Made by a program: the position numbers and the translations under genes. Shown here in pieces: positions 28,408 to 42,141 of a stretch of DNA of 64,000 nucleotides. The first letter of the stretch is position 1; each line of letters opens with the position of its first letter. This stretch comes from Felis catus (taxonomy: Eukaryota), in the NCBI RefSeq assembly GCF_018350175.1, contig NC_058373.1:109122001-109186000 (forward strand), in the 5' to 3' direction. Under the pieces are notes generated by a model that worked only from the letters and a program-made list of their open reading frames with translations, made no database searches and was not told the origin of the DNA.

Positions 28408-29176
28408 CCACCCTTGGATGTACTAGCATTTTAAATTGTGCCCTAGACAAGAGGAATCTTAACTGAAACAACTGGGTGGTTGGATTGGGTTGCTTCTCTT
28501 CTAATGGTGACTGGTTTCCCCTAAAAAGGCTGTTTCCCATTAATTTCTCATTCAGTGTCCCAAGATAAAGTTTGATACAAGGTTACAATAGTAAACTATT
28601 TAATCTAGATGGTCTTCTGATTTTTCCTGGGTGCTAAAAGGAAAATACTATTTCTAACAAAAACTTCCCAGATTATATGCTTAAATTCTAATCCTAGAAA
28701 TGGAAATATCATGAAAGAATATATATCCTGAATCTGCGTGAGTTTAAGTGACTGTTCATCCATCCTGCTGGCACGTGACAACTAGACTGGAAGACTAGCT
28801 AACTAGAACTCAAGTCTCCTTACTGCTGGTCTAGCATTTTGCCCATCATACCCTACCTACACTACCTCCAATCCAAACTGTGCAATCCTTTGATCTTCAC
28901 CTTGACTTCTAGTGAAACTTCTAACTCTGCATTAGAAGAGCTATGCCCAAGCTCTATAATTCCTTCTCATGAGCCCACCATATCTCATCCTGACCAACCT
29001 GCACAAGTTTTCAGATGGTCTCTCCTGTGTGGCTTAACTCTGAGATGATAACAATACAATTCCAGTCAAATGTTCATGGATTCCTTTTGGGGGTATAGGA
29101 AAATGATAAGTAGGGAGAGTAGAGAAACTTTATTTGGAAAAATAAACACATAGGGAAAAAAAAACTGGAAAAACTT

Positions 29177-29338
29177 GGGGCACTCAATCACTTAAGCATC
29201 TGACTCTTGGTTTCGGCGCAGGTCATGCTCTCACGGCTCCTGAGTTTGAGCCCTGAGTCATGCTGTCAGTGCAGCGTCTGCTTGGGATTTTCTCTCTCCT
29301 TCTCTCTCTTTGCCCTCCCCCCACTTCTGTGCATGCTC

Positions 29339-29385
<47 letters not shown>

Positions 29386-29399
29386 ACTTTTTTAAAAAA
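29177..29399 (+). mobile_element. CAN-SINE with internal deletions and (TAAA)n tail
   Basis: Head lacks the ctgggtgg segment. TSD aaaaaactggaaaaa / aaaaaacaggaaaaa. Confidence 0.88.
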
Positions 29400-32300
29400 C
29401 AGGAAAAATTAAGGTGTGATAAGGAGATATTTGTCTACTAATACATAGCATATTAGTTGATAATAATATGCAACAAGTAACAGAATGTTCCTCTATAATG
29501 CAGACCTAGTCCAAACCCAATTTCATCATATGTGACATAAAATAAGTCATTTCATCTCTCTCAAACTATTTCTATACTAGGAAATAAAAATCATCATAGT
29601 ACTTATGTGTTGGAAAGAGTAAAAATTAAACACTAAAATTAATGGCCTATTAAATTAATAAAAATTAAAAGAAGACTAATGCCCAATATTAACAATGCTA
29701 TTCTGAAAAAGGATACATGTGAACCTATGTTGGTGATAGCTCATTTGATCTTTTAGAAGAAATAAACTATATAAATAATATAAACTATAAAATGTACATA
29801 CCCTTTGATCTGGCAAACCAGATGCTCAGTGTCTATCTTAATATAAAGACATCTCAATATTGAGACATCTCAATATCTAATAATAGAAGATTTAAAATAT
29901 ATATTATATCCTTTAAATATAATAGAAATGTTTATGTAGTATATATTTATGGCATAAATATATGTTCACAAAACCACAGAATCAGTGTGGCAAGCTATAT
30001 TTCTGTGAGTGGTGGGATTGTGGATGATTTATTCTCTTTTCTTCTTTTTCTGTCATATTTCTAATTGTACATAACAGTTACATATTTCTATTAAGTAAAA
30101 ATTTTAGAAACAAGATGATTATAAAATATTCTTCTAACATTTATTCATCCTTGGTAGAGGTGATAATAACAGAATGCAGAAAGCTATACTCTGGAGATAA
30201 ATGTATTATTCTCTGACACTTGCCCACAAAGGCAGCAGAACTGCTTCGAAACAGATATATGCTGATTGGTTTAATCAAATGAAGGTACCAATGGAATCCA
30301 CATGCCCTGTGTCAATTTATATATTGTTACTGGCTTTACAGTAAGATTTTTAACCAATGTGAATGAGCAGTTGAAGTTATCCTATGACAGGTGGAAAGTA
30401 CAGGCAATTCACAGTTGCTTAATACTGGTTAATTGATAATTTATTAGTACCTAATGGACGAGATTTTTCCTAGATTTTTCCTGTCTACTCTTTTCCACCT
30501 TCAAACCAGTTACTTAATGATTAGCTCATAGGGAATTTGTGTGTTATTATAAGATGCATGAAGAGTTTCAGTTTCTAATAAGATTTTATGTCCAAACTCT
30601 ATTGCTTTCTCTCTTGCCTTCTTCGACCCACATCTAAATAAGATTCATGCCCTCTCCTTTTTAAAAAATCTTACATAGCCCCATTTATTGTATTTCAAGC
30701 ATCATCACAATTTGGAATCATACATTTATCTCTACGGTTATTTTCGTCTCCTCCCCCATTAGACTCTGAGCAACACAAGAGCAGAGATTGTGTTTATCTT
30801 TATTTTCCACTCCATAGCAATCACTACAATATCCTACAAAACCAAGGTTCCCTTTGATGTGGATGTAAATTTTAAAGGACGGCTGTTTTCCTATTTATAA
30901 ATTCTACCATCGTATAGATCCTTCTTTAACTGATGTCTCCTGTATCTCATCAATACCCTGTATCTCAGAAATGAAGGAAGTGAAGACTTTCTCAAGAAAA
31001 TTCCAGAAATAAAGAAATCAAAAAGAATGCTAATGTGCCAAGAGATGCCTGAAGGTCTCAGTCTCAAGACAGGTCAACACTCATGCCACCAGATTGCATA
31101 GCCATGTGTTCCTCTCCTTGTCCAGGACCGTGCCCAGGAGGAGGGCATGAAGTGGCACCTCAGGAAATTGGCAGTGAACAACTAGAGGAATATCTTTCAT
31201 ACATAACAATTTTTCTTTTTCTTTAAATGTATTTATTTTCTCCACCTCTTGCTGCCTTCTGCTGTGCCAGACAGAGATGCCTATGGTTATTTGGCAACTA
31301 GTAAAGGAGCTAAAAGTAGCTTTTCGGTACTTCATAGACTATCAATGAATCCAAAATCAAAAAAAGCAATCAGCCTGAGCCAAACTACAGGCATCTTTTA
31401 GGCATTATCAAAAGAACCAGGAAAGAAATGGGAAAATGAGTAAGGAATAGAAAGCCACAGAGCCCTGGAAGAAAAATCAAATATAACAAACACGGTCAAA
31501 GAGTAACAAAGACAGAAATCACAGGAATGGAGACATCTTTTTTAAAAAGTTCAGTTTATAAAATCCAACCATCTGCATAATTCTACTTTTGTCTAGTAAA
31601 CCGCAAAAGTTGTAGGTAACACTATGATCTCATTCAAAAATGGGCTTTTCAATAGACATTTCTGAAGATTTCCTCTAGTGAGAGTTTGAAAACAGATCAA
31701 TCAAGGCAGCTCAGAACAAAATAGCAGGTTGGATACACACACCTACTCATACTATCAAACTGTCTGCAGTATGTGGATTCATTCATGATTTAACTTTTCC
31801 TCTAAGTCTAAAATATGTTTTGTATTTGTGTTCAGTGGGTGTGTATATAGAAATATTTTATTCATCCAACTGTCTCTCCAATTGAGGTTCTATTTTCATC
31901 TATAATTCAAAGATGACACAGAATACCAGCAAAGACGAAGATTAAAAATGATGCCAAACATGAGCAAGTTCTCATAATTTATAACTGGTAAAGGAAGAAA
32001 TAAATTATAAGCACAACAGACTAAATTATTTGTTAGCACTTGTGGCTGCTTCTCGTACGCAGGCACTACATGGGTACTTTTCATCTTCCAGCCAAATAAG
32101 TAAGGTGGTTATCTCCAATGTGGATGTGAACACAGAAGAATGAAACCCAGTTCTCATGGTCTATATAAAGCCATGCTACTGGGCAACTCACCCATTGCCC
32201 TATATAAACAAGTCCTTCTTCTCATTCCTAGACTACACTATCAAATAACTGCTTAGTCCCTACCTCAGAGACCAGTGGCATATTGGTAAGAAAATGAAAT

Positions 32301-33561
32301 ACACTGAAGTAATTTCAACATGGTCCATAAAAAGAACACATTTAATATTCCTAGCAAGAGGCGTGGGTCACTCAGGATTTATTTTAGTCATACAATGCCT
32401 CCCTATCATTATTATAGAAAAATAATACCGCCTGCTACCTGACACGCAGGAAGTTTATGAATAATCATATCAGCTGACAATAATATGAATCTTGCATTGG
32501 AGCACTCTTAAACTATGCCAAAAGCCCTGACAAACTACATATGCACTTGAATGTTCTGAAATATGATCAGAGAAATATTTAAAAAGTTCTCCTTTATTTG
32601 TAATGTTTCTAATAAACCCTTGAGTATTATTTTAATTTCTGATAAATGGAAGGAAAAATAAAATTGAAGCTTCAGATAAAGTCCACATTTTCAGAGAAAG
32701 CCTATAGGCCAGCTAGAAAGGAGAAATGTTAATAATAACTCTGAATACTTCAAAATATTTTTGTGGGTAACAAATGAGCCAGACACATGGCCATGACAAT
32801 AGTCAAGTTCCCTGACCATGTTTATATATAGGTAGAAAGTCAGAGTTTTCAGAAATTCGGGGCATGATGCTTTCCCACAACAGGCTATAGAATAGTTCCT
32901 TACAAGGATAGACTACGCAGTCCCTTTCAACAAACAGATTACTTAACAACCACAGAAAAAAAATATGTCACTTGTTTCTTGGGCAAGGCCTAGCTTATCC
33001 CGATCAGGGATTTTGTGTTCCTCAGAATTTTTTAAAAATGGCATTTGTTCTATAACCATAGAAAAAAACAATTAGTTGCATTTGTGAAACCAGAGTACAT
33101 AGTTCTACTAATAAAAAAATTGTTGGGAAATAATTACTGACTTATAGAATCTTATTCTATCATTTTTGGTATAGGATATCTTGAATATATGTGTCTGAAT
33201 TTTAAATAAGATATGATACGTAATGGTACTCCAAATCATTCAGACACAATTATCATGTAATATATTTAATATTATTAAATTAGTGTCAGGACCTGCAAGT
33301 TCATTGTGTACTACATTCTGCCTGTATCCTTTACCAGCAGGGAGTTAATTTTCTCCTGAAGCAGTTAGATCACTGCAATTTAAAATACTTTAAGTCACCT
33401 GTCATACCTCTCCCCAAGCCTTCAATTAGCCAAACTAAATATTCATATTTCCTTTAATTATCCACCATATAACAAGATTCCCAGAACTTCATGCCGTCAT
33501 GGTTACTTTCTGGTAAGAGTGCTGTCATTTGATAGTATTTCTTTTAAAATATCCAGCTAGA

Positions 33562-33895
33562 TGTTATGCTAAGTGAAATAAGCCATACAGAGAAAGACAG
33601 ATACCATATGTGTTCACTCTTATGTGGATCCTGAGAAACTTAACAGGAACCCATGGGGGAGGGGAAGGAAAAAAAAAGAGGTTAGAGTGGGAGAGAGCCA
33701 AAGCATAAGAGACTTTTAAAAACTGAGAACAAACTGAGGGTTGATGGGGGATGGGAGGGATGGGAGGGATGGGAGGGTGGGTGATGGGTATTGAGGAGGG
33801 CACCTGTTGGGAGGAGAACTGGGTGTTGTATGGAAACCAATTTGACAATAAATTTCATATATTTAAAAAATAAATAAATTTTAAAAAATAAAAAA
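33562..33895 (+). mobile_element. Young, severely 5'-truncated felid L1 3' end
   Basis: ttatgctaagtgaaataagccatacagagaaagacagataccatatg...ggaaaccaatttgacaataaatttcatatatt plus A-rich tail. 17-bp TSD taaaatatccagctaga (33545, 34173). Confidence 0.93.
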
Positions 33896-33906
33896 TAAAA
33901 TATCCA

Positions 33907-34168
33907 GGGGCGCCTGGGTGGCTCAGTTGGTTAAGCATCCGACTTCACCCGGGTCATGATCTCGCAGTCTGTGAGTTCGAGCCCCGTGTCAGGCTCTGGG
34001 CTGATGGCTCAGAGCCTGGAGCCTGTTTCCGATTCTGTGTCTCCCTCTCTCTCTGCCCCTCCCCCGTTCATGCTCTGTCTCTCTCTGTCCCAAAAATAAA
34101 TGTTAAAAAAAAAAATTTAAAATAAAATAAAATAAAATAAAATAAAATAAAATAAAATAAAATAAAAT
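33907..34168 (+). mobile_element. Young felid CAN-SINE with (TAAAA)n tail, inserted in the L1's 3' TSD
   Basis: ggggcgcctgggtggctcag head. TSD aaaataaaatatccag (33892, 34169). Confidence 0.95.
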
Positions 34169-34399
34169 AAAATAAAATATCCAGCTAGAATTACTAGCAT
34201 AATATTTTATCTATGATCTGATTAATATGGACTGGAATGATTATTACCTCTCTAGTAAAGACAAGAGTGCTTTTATAATGCATGTTAAGACCAATTCAGT
34301 TTCATTTTAGTATGTTCACATGTATGTATTTACATGATATGTTTAACATAGCACATTTGTCTGCAGAGGTTTTCTTGGAAGGCTGATGTCTTCTCTCCC

Positions 34400-34543
34400 T
34401 TTTTTTTTTAATCTTTTTTTGAAGTAGGCTCCACGTCCGGCACACAGCCCAACACAGGGCTTGAACTCAAGACTCTGAGATCAAGACCTGAGCTGAGATC
34501 AAGAGTCAGATGCTTAACCAACTGTGCCATTGTCATAGGAACC
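34400..34543 (-). mobile_element. Short, old CAN-SINE lacking the CT tract
   Basis: gggcttgaactcaagactctgagatcaagacctgagctgagatcaagagtcagatgcttaaccaactg. Confidence 0.85.
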
Positions 34544-36039
34544 TCTGGGAGTATTTGAATATTGAACCAAGGAAATGATGCCAGGTATGAAAATGTCATC
34601 GCTGTTTTTCACATTTAGGAATACAAAGAAAAATATGTAGACATGCTTTTCTAAATTAAAAAATAGCATATAGAAGTAAATTGACTAAAAAGGACATTAT
34701 TTTAACTTATAGGAAAAAATATATTGCCCACCGTATTTGGAAGAAGTAGAGTGCTTCTTTGATAGATTTGGTTAAAAAAATGATCCAAGATATGAGAATA
34801 TTCAAATCTCAATTTTTTAAAATTCTAAAGGCATATTTCTGCCTGAATGTTTTGCATAATTCTGCCAGAACTTTTCATATAATGATATCTTCCTACTGAT
34901 ACTTTATGCTTATTATAAAACACACGAAACAAGAAATGAAGACCAAAGAGCTTTTTTCTACTGTTCTTTTTCAAATTGCATGTTAGAAAAAAAAGTGAGA
35001 CAGTGAGAAATAAAAAATGATAAGGTTTTAAGCTTCATCATCCTTTCTATTTTTTCCCATAATCTCCTTTTTCCTTTTTAAATCCTCACTTATTCCACCC
35101 ATTTCTCAGTCTTTTAAGTGCACAGAATGTTAGCGAGTAGCACAGCCCAGAGGATGGATTTTGGTTATTAAAATTAAAAAGAATCTAAAGCAATCGTAAC
35201 AATTAGGTGTCAACAAAATATTTTCAACCAAATAAAATTAATCTAGGTACTGTTCCATATAGAATATCTTGCCTAAGGCAACCTTTCCTGATAGAAATAC
35301 TACAATCTCCATGTAAGTCCTGACTTTAATGCCGCAATTTGTATTAGAGAAAACATTATTCACATAAGGCAAGACTGGGTTAAATCACAGCGATTAATTT
35401 GCTTGTGGGGGTAAAGCTGACTTAAAAAAAATCTATAAAACTACATATGTGGAAACGATAGAAGGAAATCTCAGTAATTGGGGCGAAGGTTCATCTCTAA
35501 TTAGCTGCAATGCATCATTAAGTTCTATTGTACTAGCAACTGAAAAAAAAACATCACTGTTTTAGAACAAATGAGAGAAGAGAAGCATTGGAACAAAGAC
35601 ATTTAACTTCATACATTTCAGTCTTTTCCAGTATATACTCATAGTTAAATCTTATAACAACCAACATTAATAAAATATCTGAAAGGGACCATCAACAAAA
35701 CGTGAGACAAGAAACATATAGTAAGACAAAGTATTTGGCTCACTGAGGAACAGAAAGTTGAATGGAGGTCTCTCATGTCAAATACGGGATAATTGTTAAA
35801 ACTCAGATGTTGTTTACTAAAGCTACAACCTCAACTATGTTCATAGTTCTGAGATTGTGAATTACAGAATTTATTTGATTACTATCATCAATCTTTCCTT
35901 TCCTTTTTTTTCACCCTTGTATTTTAACAAGCTCAGTCAACTTCATTATTATTATCAAAAGAGCCTGCAATATAGATGAATATGTGATTAATAGAAGATA
36001 GATAGGTAGATAGATAGGAAGAAAGCTTTATTATGAAAG

Positions 36040-36545
36040 CCATATAAACTCACTGGCTGCTCTGCTGAAAGTATACTGCAATACAATATCTACTGTTATC
36101 TGCAATACAATATCTGCAATACAATATTTACTGTATCCTATACAATAACCCAGGTAGGACATAATGGTGACTTGGACCAGAGATGGAGGGGGTTAGAACT
36201 AGAGGTGGAGCTAGCAGGATTTGGTGGAGGTTTTAATACGGAGACGTTTGTCTAAGCAACTGAGGAGTGGAGATTCCATTAATTGCATTAGGGAAGAATG
36301 TTCAGTGGAGCAGGTTTATGGGAGATGATGAGAAGTTCAGTTCTGGATCGTCTCACCGGATATGAGTAGGCAGTTGGATAGGAGAGTCCATAGTTCCAGA
36401 ACAGGTCCAAGACGAGTATATAGATTTGGGAAGGGTTAACACACATTTTAAAGTCATAAGATTGCAAGATATCACTGAAGAAGAGAATATGGATAGGAAA
36501 GAGAAGAGGCACAAGGACTGAGCTCTAGAATATCCCCCTAACTTA
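36040..36545 (+). mobile_element. L2 fragment
   Basis: caataacccaggtagg...ggtgacttggaccag; gtaggcagttggata; aggactgagctct L2-like motifs. Confidence 0.7.
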
Positions 36546-36593
36546 AGATATTATTTTAATCAAACTGCTTTCAAGAAATGCCATACCATACCA

Positions 36594-36803
36594 GAGCACC
36601 TGGGTGGGTCAGTCAGTTAAGTGACTGACTCTTGATTTCAGCTCAGATCATAATCTCATGATTTGTGGGTTTGAACCACATTGGGCTCTGAGATGACAGC
36701 ATGGAGCCTGCTTGGCATGCTCTCTCTCCCTCTCTCTGCCCGTCCCCCACCCTCACTCAGGCTCTCTCTTTCTCTCTCTCTCTCAAAAATAAATAAACAA
36801 AAA
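36594..36803 (+). mobile_element. CAN-SINE
   Basis: Full head and tail. Imperfect TSD gaaatgccatacca / gaaatgctatacca. Confidence 0.92.
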
Positions 36804-37699
36804 AGGAAATGCTATACCAAATTACATATAAACCAGAATTATATGATAGTGTCAGTCACTACAGCATTTGCCAAGAGTGGCCATTATCTTTGTCAATTTG
36901 AAATATTAAAAATGGCCTCTTGCTGTTTCAGTATTTATTACAAGTTAAAATAGTATTTTTGTGTGTTTATTAATAATTTGTATTTTTGTAGATTTATATA
37001 AACTATGTACTCAGCTAATTTTTCTCCTCAGGCATCTTAATTCTTATTGATTTACAAAATCATTTTACATATTAAGGTAATTAACCTTTCATTTGTGATA
37101 TTTATTCCAAATATTCTATCTTATTTTCATTTTCATGGTCTTTGGTGTGAAAGATTTTATATTTTCTAGCCAAATCTATTCACCAGTTACTTTGTTATGT
37201 ATTCCATTGCTTTAATATGTACAAAGACAAATTAAACATGTTCACATAGTTTCTTTTTACTAGTTTATGGTTTCTTATTTTTTGCATTTAACTCAGCCCA
37301 TCTGATATTTATGTTAGGCTATATGGGAAACCCTCATTAAATATTTTCTTAGATCGTTAGCTCATTTTATAATTACACTAAATAATACATCAATTCCTTC
37401 TTTGTGATATGTCCTTTGACTTACATTCAGTTCTTATCCATAGTAAACTCTAGTTCTGAGATATTTATTCCCATTTTTTGCTTTGGCTACTAATTCTTGT
37501 GTCTATATGTGGATACTTTATTATCATATTTTAAAATTATATGTTATATATACTATTTATTTGTCAAATTACTGAATGCCTACCTAACAGGCATGTGGGT
37601 TTTCTGCTGTGGTTGTTAGTTTCTCTACTAAACCAAAGTAGAATGACAATTTTTTTTTCTTTTGGTTCAGTATAGGATATGGTGTGGTAAGAATGCATT

Positions 37700-37937
37700 A
37701 TTTATTTATTTACTTATTTATTTATGTATTTTTACATTTATTTATTTTTGAGAGACAGAGTGAGACAGAGCACAAGCAGGGGGAGGGGCAGAGAGAGAAA
37801 GGGACACAGAATCCGAGCTCCAGGCTCCAAGCAAGCATTCAGCACAGAGCCCAACGTGGGGCCCGAACCCATGAACTGCAAGATCGTGACCTGAGCCGTA
37901 GTCGGACGCCCAACCGACTGAGCCACCCAGGAGCCCC
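37700..37937 (-). mobile_element. Felid CAN-SINE
   Basis: (TTTA)n tail, reverse head ...ccgactgagccacccaggagcccc. Confidence 0.94.
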
Positions 37938-37950
37938 AGGAATACATTGT

Positions 37951-38144
37951 TTTAAAGTTTTTATTTAAATTCCAGTTAGTTTCCATGCAGTGTAACATTA
38001 GTTTCAGATGTACAATATAGTGATTCATCACTTCCATGCAACACCTGATGCTCATCACAAGTGCACTCCTTCATCCCCACTACCTGTTTCACCCATCCCC
38101 TTTGGTAACCATCAGTTTGTTCTCAGGGTTAAGAGTCTGTTTCT
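37951..38144 (-). mobile_element. Carnivore L1 extreme 3' end (~190 bp)
   Basis: ttatttaaattccagttag...atcacaagtgcactcctt...gttaagagtctgtttc. Homologous to the L1 3' ends at 19400 and 42490. Confidence 0.88.
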
Positions 38145-38481
38145 GTAAGGATACATTTTAAAATTCAGCCTCATTGACTCTGCAATTAGTGAGAATCTCA
38201 TATACCTCCTTCCCAGGCCCAGACTTTAGCATATATCCCTTTATTTATAGTTCTGTCACGGCTTACCTCTCATGTCTTTGGGTGGGGATTTTCTTAATAG
38301 GCTGGGAGAAATCAATACAGGCATGGAGAGTTTGCTGCCACATCAAATTAAACTTTAGATATGTTTTATACATGCATAACAAAGGTTTCGTATTTGCCAC
38401 AGTTATTTAACTCTGCTTCTCCCATTAGTCAAAAACTACTCCTTCTGGCTTCCCATTCAGTTAGAGGCATGATTTTTTCTT

Positions 38482-38678
38482 TTTTCTTTTTTTTTTTTAA
38501 TGTTTATTTATGTTGAGAGAGATAGTGCGCTCACACAAGTGGGGGAGGAGAGGGAGAGAGAGAATCTCAAGAAGGCTCTGCACTGTCAGCACAGAGCCTG
38601 ACACAGGGCTAGATCCCACAAACCATGAGCCAAAGTCAAGAATCAGATGCTTAACCAACTGAGCCACCCAGGCACCCC
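38482..38678 (-). mobile_element. CAN-SINE with ~13-bp internal deletion
   Basis: Perfect TSD catgattttttctt (38468, 38679). ccatgag^ccaaag lacks atcatgacctgag. Confidence 0.93.
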
Positions 38679-40527
38679 CATGATTTTTTCTTATCCAAAA
38701 GCTAACCCACTTTAATACTTTGACTTATTTCTTTAAGAATCTTTTCATTTGAACTAAAGGTTTATTTTACCTTTAATATTAGCTTCCCAATCTTTTTTTC
38801 CCTATTATTCTCCTCTCTTTGGATACTCTACTAATCAGAAGTACATTTCTGTTGCCACAAATGATGAACAGGCAAACCAAACAAAAAGAAAGTGGTAAAT
38901 AATAGGAACCCAGAAATTGTTTCCTCCTGCATGGTATGTCCACTTTCAGACATTCCCCATGCCATTGCACTATACCCCAACTCCATCAAGAAGCAGACAA
39001 GTAAGCAAGTCCTTAAAGTTTGTGAGAATCTATTCAGCTCCCTTCCTGAACTAACCCAGCATCTGGGACTCAAAAATCTGCCCCTTACTAGATCTGGGCT
39101 TAAGGTATAGGTCAGTCTCTTTTCAAATGTAAAAGGTCATTATCATCTTACTGATGTTTTCTGCCAGCTGCCATGTGACTCCACTGAATTTTCTGAAAAG
39201 AAAAGCTTCTGACTGAGATGGTGATTGACAAGGTAGACGGTTGTCTCTTGATCTCAGTTTCACTGAATGTGGACCTCCAAGGACATCATGTTTCTGATGT
39301 CCTAAACACTGACCCTCACCTGTGTCCCTGAGAAAGATTTTCTTCCTTTTTTTGGACACCCTCTTTTTAACCACATATTGTCTGGCTTGGGCATACATTA
39401 ATCAAATTCCACAGAAGGTGGTTTGTCTTTTTCCTGTTCGTGGTCATACCTTCCACTTTAATGGCTGTTTAACTAGAAAATTAATACTGCATCTTGTTGG
39501 AAGGGGGAAATCTCACCCTCTTTCATGATTCCTCACATAATTACCTCCAAGTATCTCATCTGCACTCCCTCTGAAGGCTTCCCTCCCTCAACACTTCCAT
39601 GTCTGGTCCCTAAATATCCCCTCAACCATCTGCTCCTAACAACAGCTGCCCTGACTTAGAACTACCTAAATGAAACTCCTCTGACTGAACATTGCTTGGT
39701 TCATTTGCTCTTTCCCTTTGACATTGAAAGGTGCTTACTGAGCAGATCTTAAAGAAAAACTCCAAGTCAACATCATATGATGAAAAGAACAAATCAAATT
39801 TGTGGGAAATGGCAAGGAAGGTAATGTACTATCTGATTAGCATGTCAAAAATTCAGTACCTAAAAATAATGGTCTCCACTGATTCTTATAAAAGTAAAAC
39901 AGTTCAAGATCAGTTTTTTCTAAAACTCGTATTCAAGCCCTACTACCCATTCCCCATATTTGATGTGAATCATCTGGGTGTAGGAAATCAGAATTTATTT
40001 TTTTTATTTGTTTTTTTAAGGAGGACTTTGGGTCCTTCTTTGCCCCTGGTAGGAAATAGATGGGAAGAATTAGAAGAGGTTTCACGAAGAGACAAATGAG
40101 AAATAAGAAAATAGAGATGTCAGATGAATGAGGTGGTATCCACTTTACAGATTTGTGTAAGGAGAAGAGGAAAATAAATAATTGTAAGTTGCTTTGTAAA
40201 TATGTGTGAGAAAGGGGAGCGATTTAAGTAGAGGACAGCATAGAAGACATAGAACTTTTAGTTTATAAGCAAAACCGTTTCTTTCTAAATTTTAGATGGG
40301 CAAAAAGTCAAAGGAGAAATTAAAAATAAAATCAACCCGAAGAGACGGCAGCACTGTTAATTCTAGAGGAATGCAGCAAATTACTCTGAGTCGTAACAAG
40401 TGTTTTAGGGAAATGGAGTAATCAGTTGTTTACAGAAACCATAATTTCTACACTGATGATTAATGGTTGAGTGCTTTTCACCTTCTCAGCACTCAATAGA
40501 TACTATGATTGACTGATATGTCACTTA

Positions 40528-40932
<405 letters not shown>

Positions 40933-42141
40933 TCATGTTAAGCCCTAAGAAGAGTACCTGGAATTAGGTATTCATTCAGGAAATGTTCTTCAGTATGACA
41001 AACATGGCTTTATGAGCATGTGCTATCCTAGTTAACATGGCAAAACATGAGAGTGGCTAATGAATTTTGTAAAGAATTAGATGATCCAACGTTAAAATTT
41101 GCCTAAGGAATTCTAGCCTTATGACTAAAGATATCCGGCAGCCTTGTCCTCCTGAATGAAGCCTAATCAATTTAAGTTTTCCAGGGATTGATGATCCAGT
41201 TTAGAAATGTATGCTCTTTATCATTGCTTGCTTCTTTCAGCTTCTGTAATACTTCCCTGCTTGTAAATATTTTTAACAGAACATCAGAAATATAAGGAGT
41301 GAAGACAAATTAAAGAATCCTACTTTTTAAAGGAGGTTCTGGAACGAAACAGGATTAGAATTAACAGCTAAATTAAAATTTTGGAATTGCCTGAAAATTC
41401 CAGTTATTAAACTCATGTTTAATCCTAGCATTGCAAGTTTTTTTTTATTCCATCGTTTTAATTAAGAGAAAGGCCAACTTGCAAACCACTGTATTTACCT
41501 GTAGGGCCCTATGAATGCAATACAGTTTTTTAATTCCCCTGACTGCTATGCCCTCCCTCAACCCATAATTCACCAACTCTTCTCTCTCCAGATGTGGTCA
41601 GGCTACTAATACTAACCTCATCTTTAAAAGCAGTTGAAGTCAGCCCAAATTCAACATACCTCCAATCTAACCCTACCCTACCCTACCCTATCCTGTCTCT
41701 TTGGTTCCAGTCCTTGATTGACAGTATGCTCTTTTGAAAAGGGGCAGTACTTTATTCCCCTTAATATTCATAAACACAATGTTTAGCAACCACATATGTT
41801 CCATAAGCAATTCACAAATAAGTGGAGTTTCAGACAATGGTCACTTCATTCTATATCCTCAAAACCATTTGAAAAATGACTCCTCCAAACAAAGTATGGT
41901 CTGTTTCATTTTGCAATTTCATCAGCCAAATCCCATCTGAAGAAAGTGGTATAAAATCAAGCTAGTGAAGCAACTTCAAAACCTTAATCTATTTTCAGAA
42001 AATCATTTGGTTTTTTAAAGAACAGTTGTTTGAGTACAACAAATTATAATTTTACAACAGAAAGCCATGATTTTATAAGCATTTACTCAGTTGTTTCTTT
42101 CTTTGCTGTCATTTAGAGATTTTGATACCAGTACAGAACAA

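Noticed and set aside
31250..31269. CTCF-like motif (minus strand tggcacagcagaaggcagca)
   Set aside because: It has two mismatches in core positions and cannot be supported without a matrix scan or ChIP data.
39731..40099. 122-aa ORF on the plus strand
   Set aside because: It has a GTG start, low-complexity AT-driven composition, no recognisable domain and no splice support, so it is likely a chance ORF.
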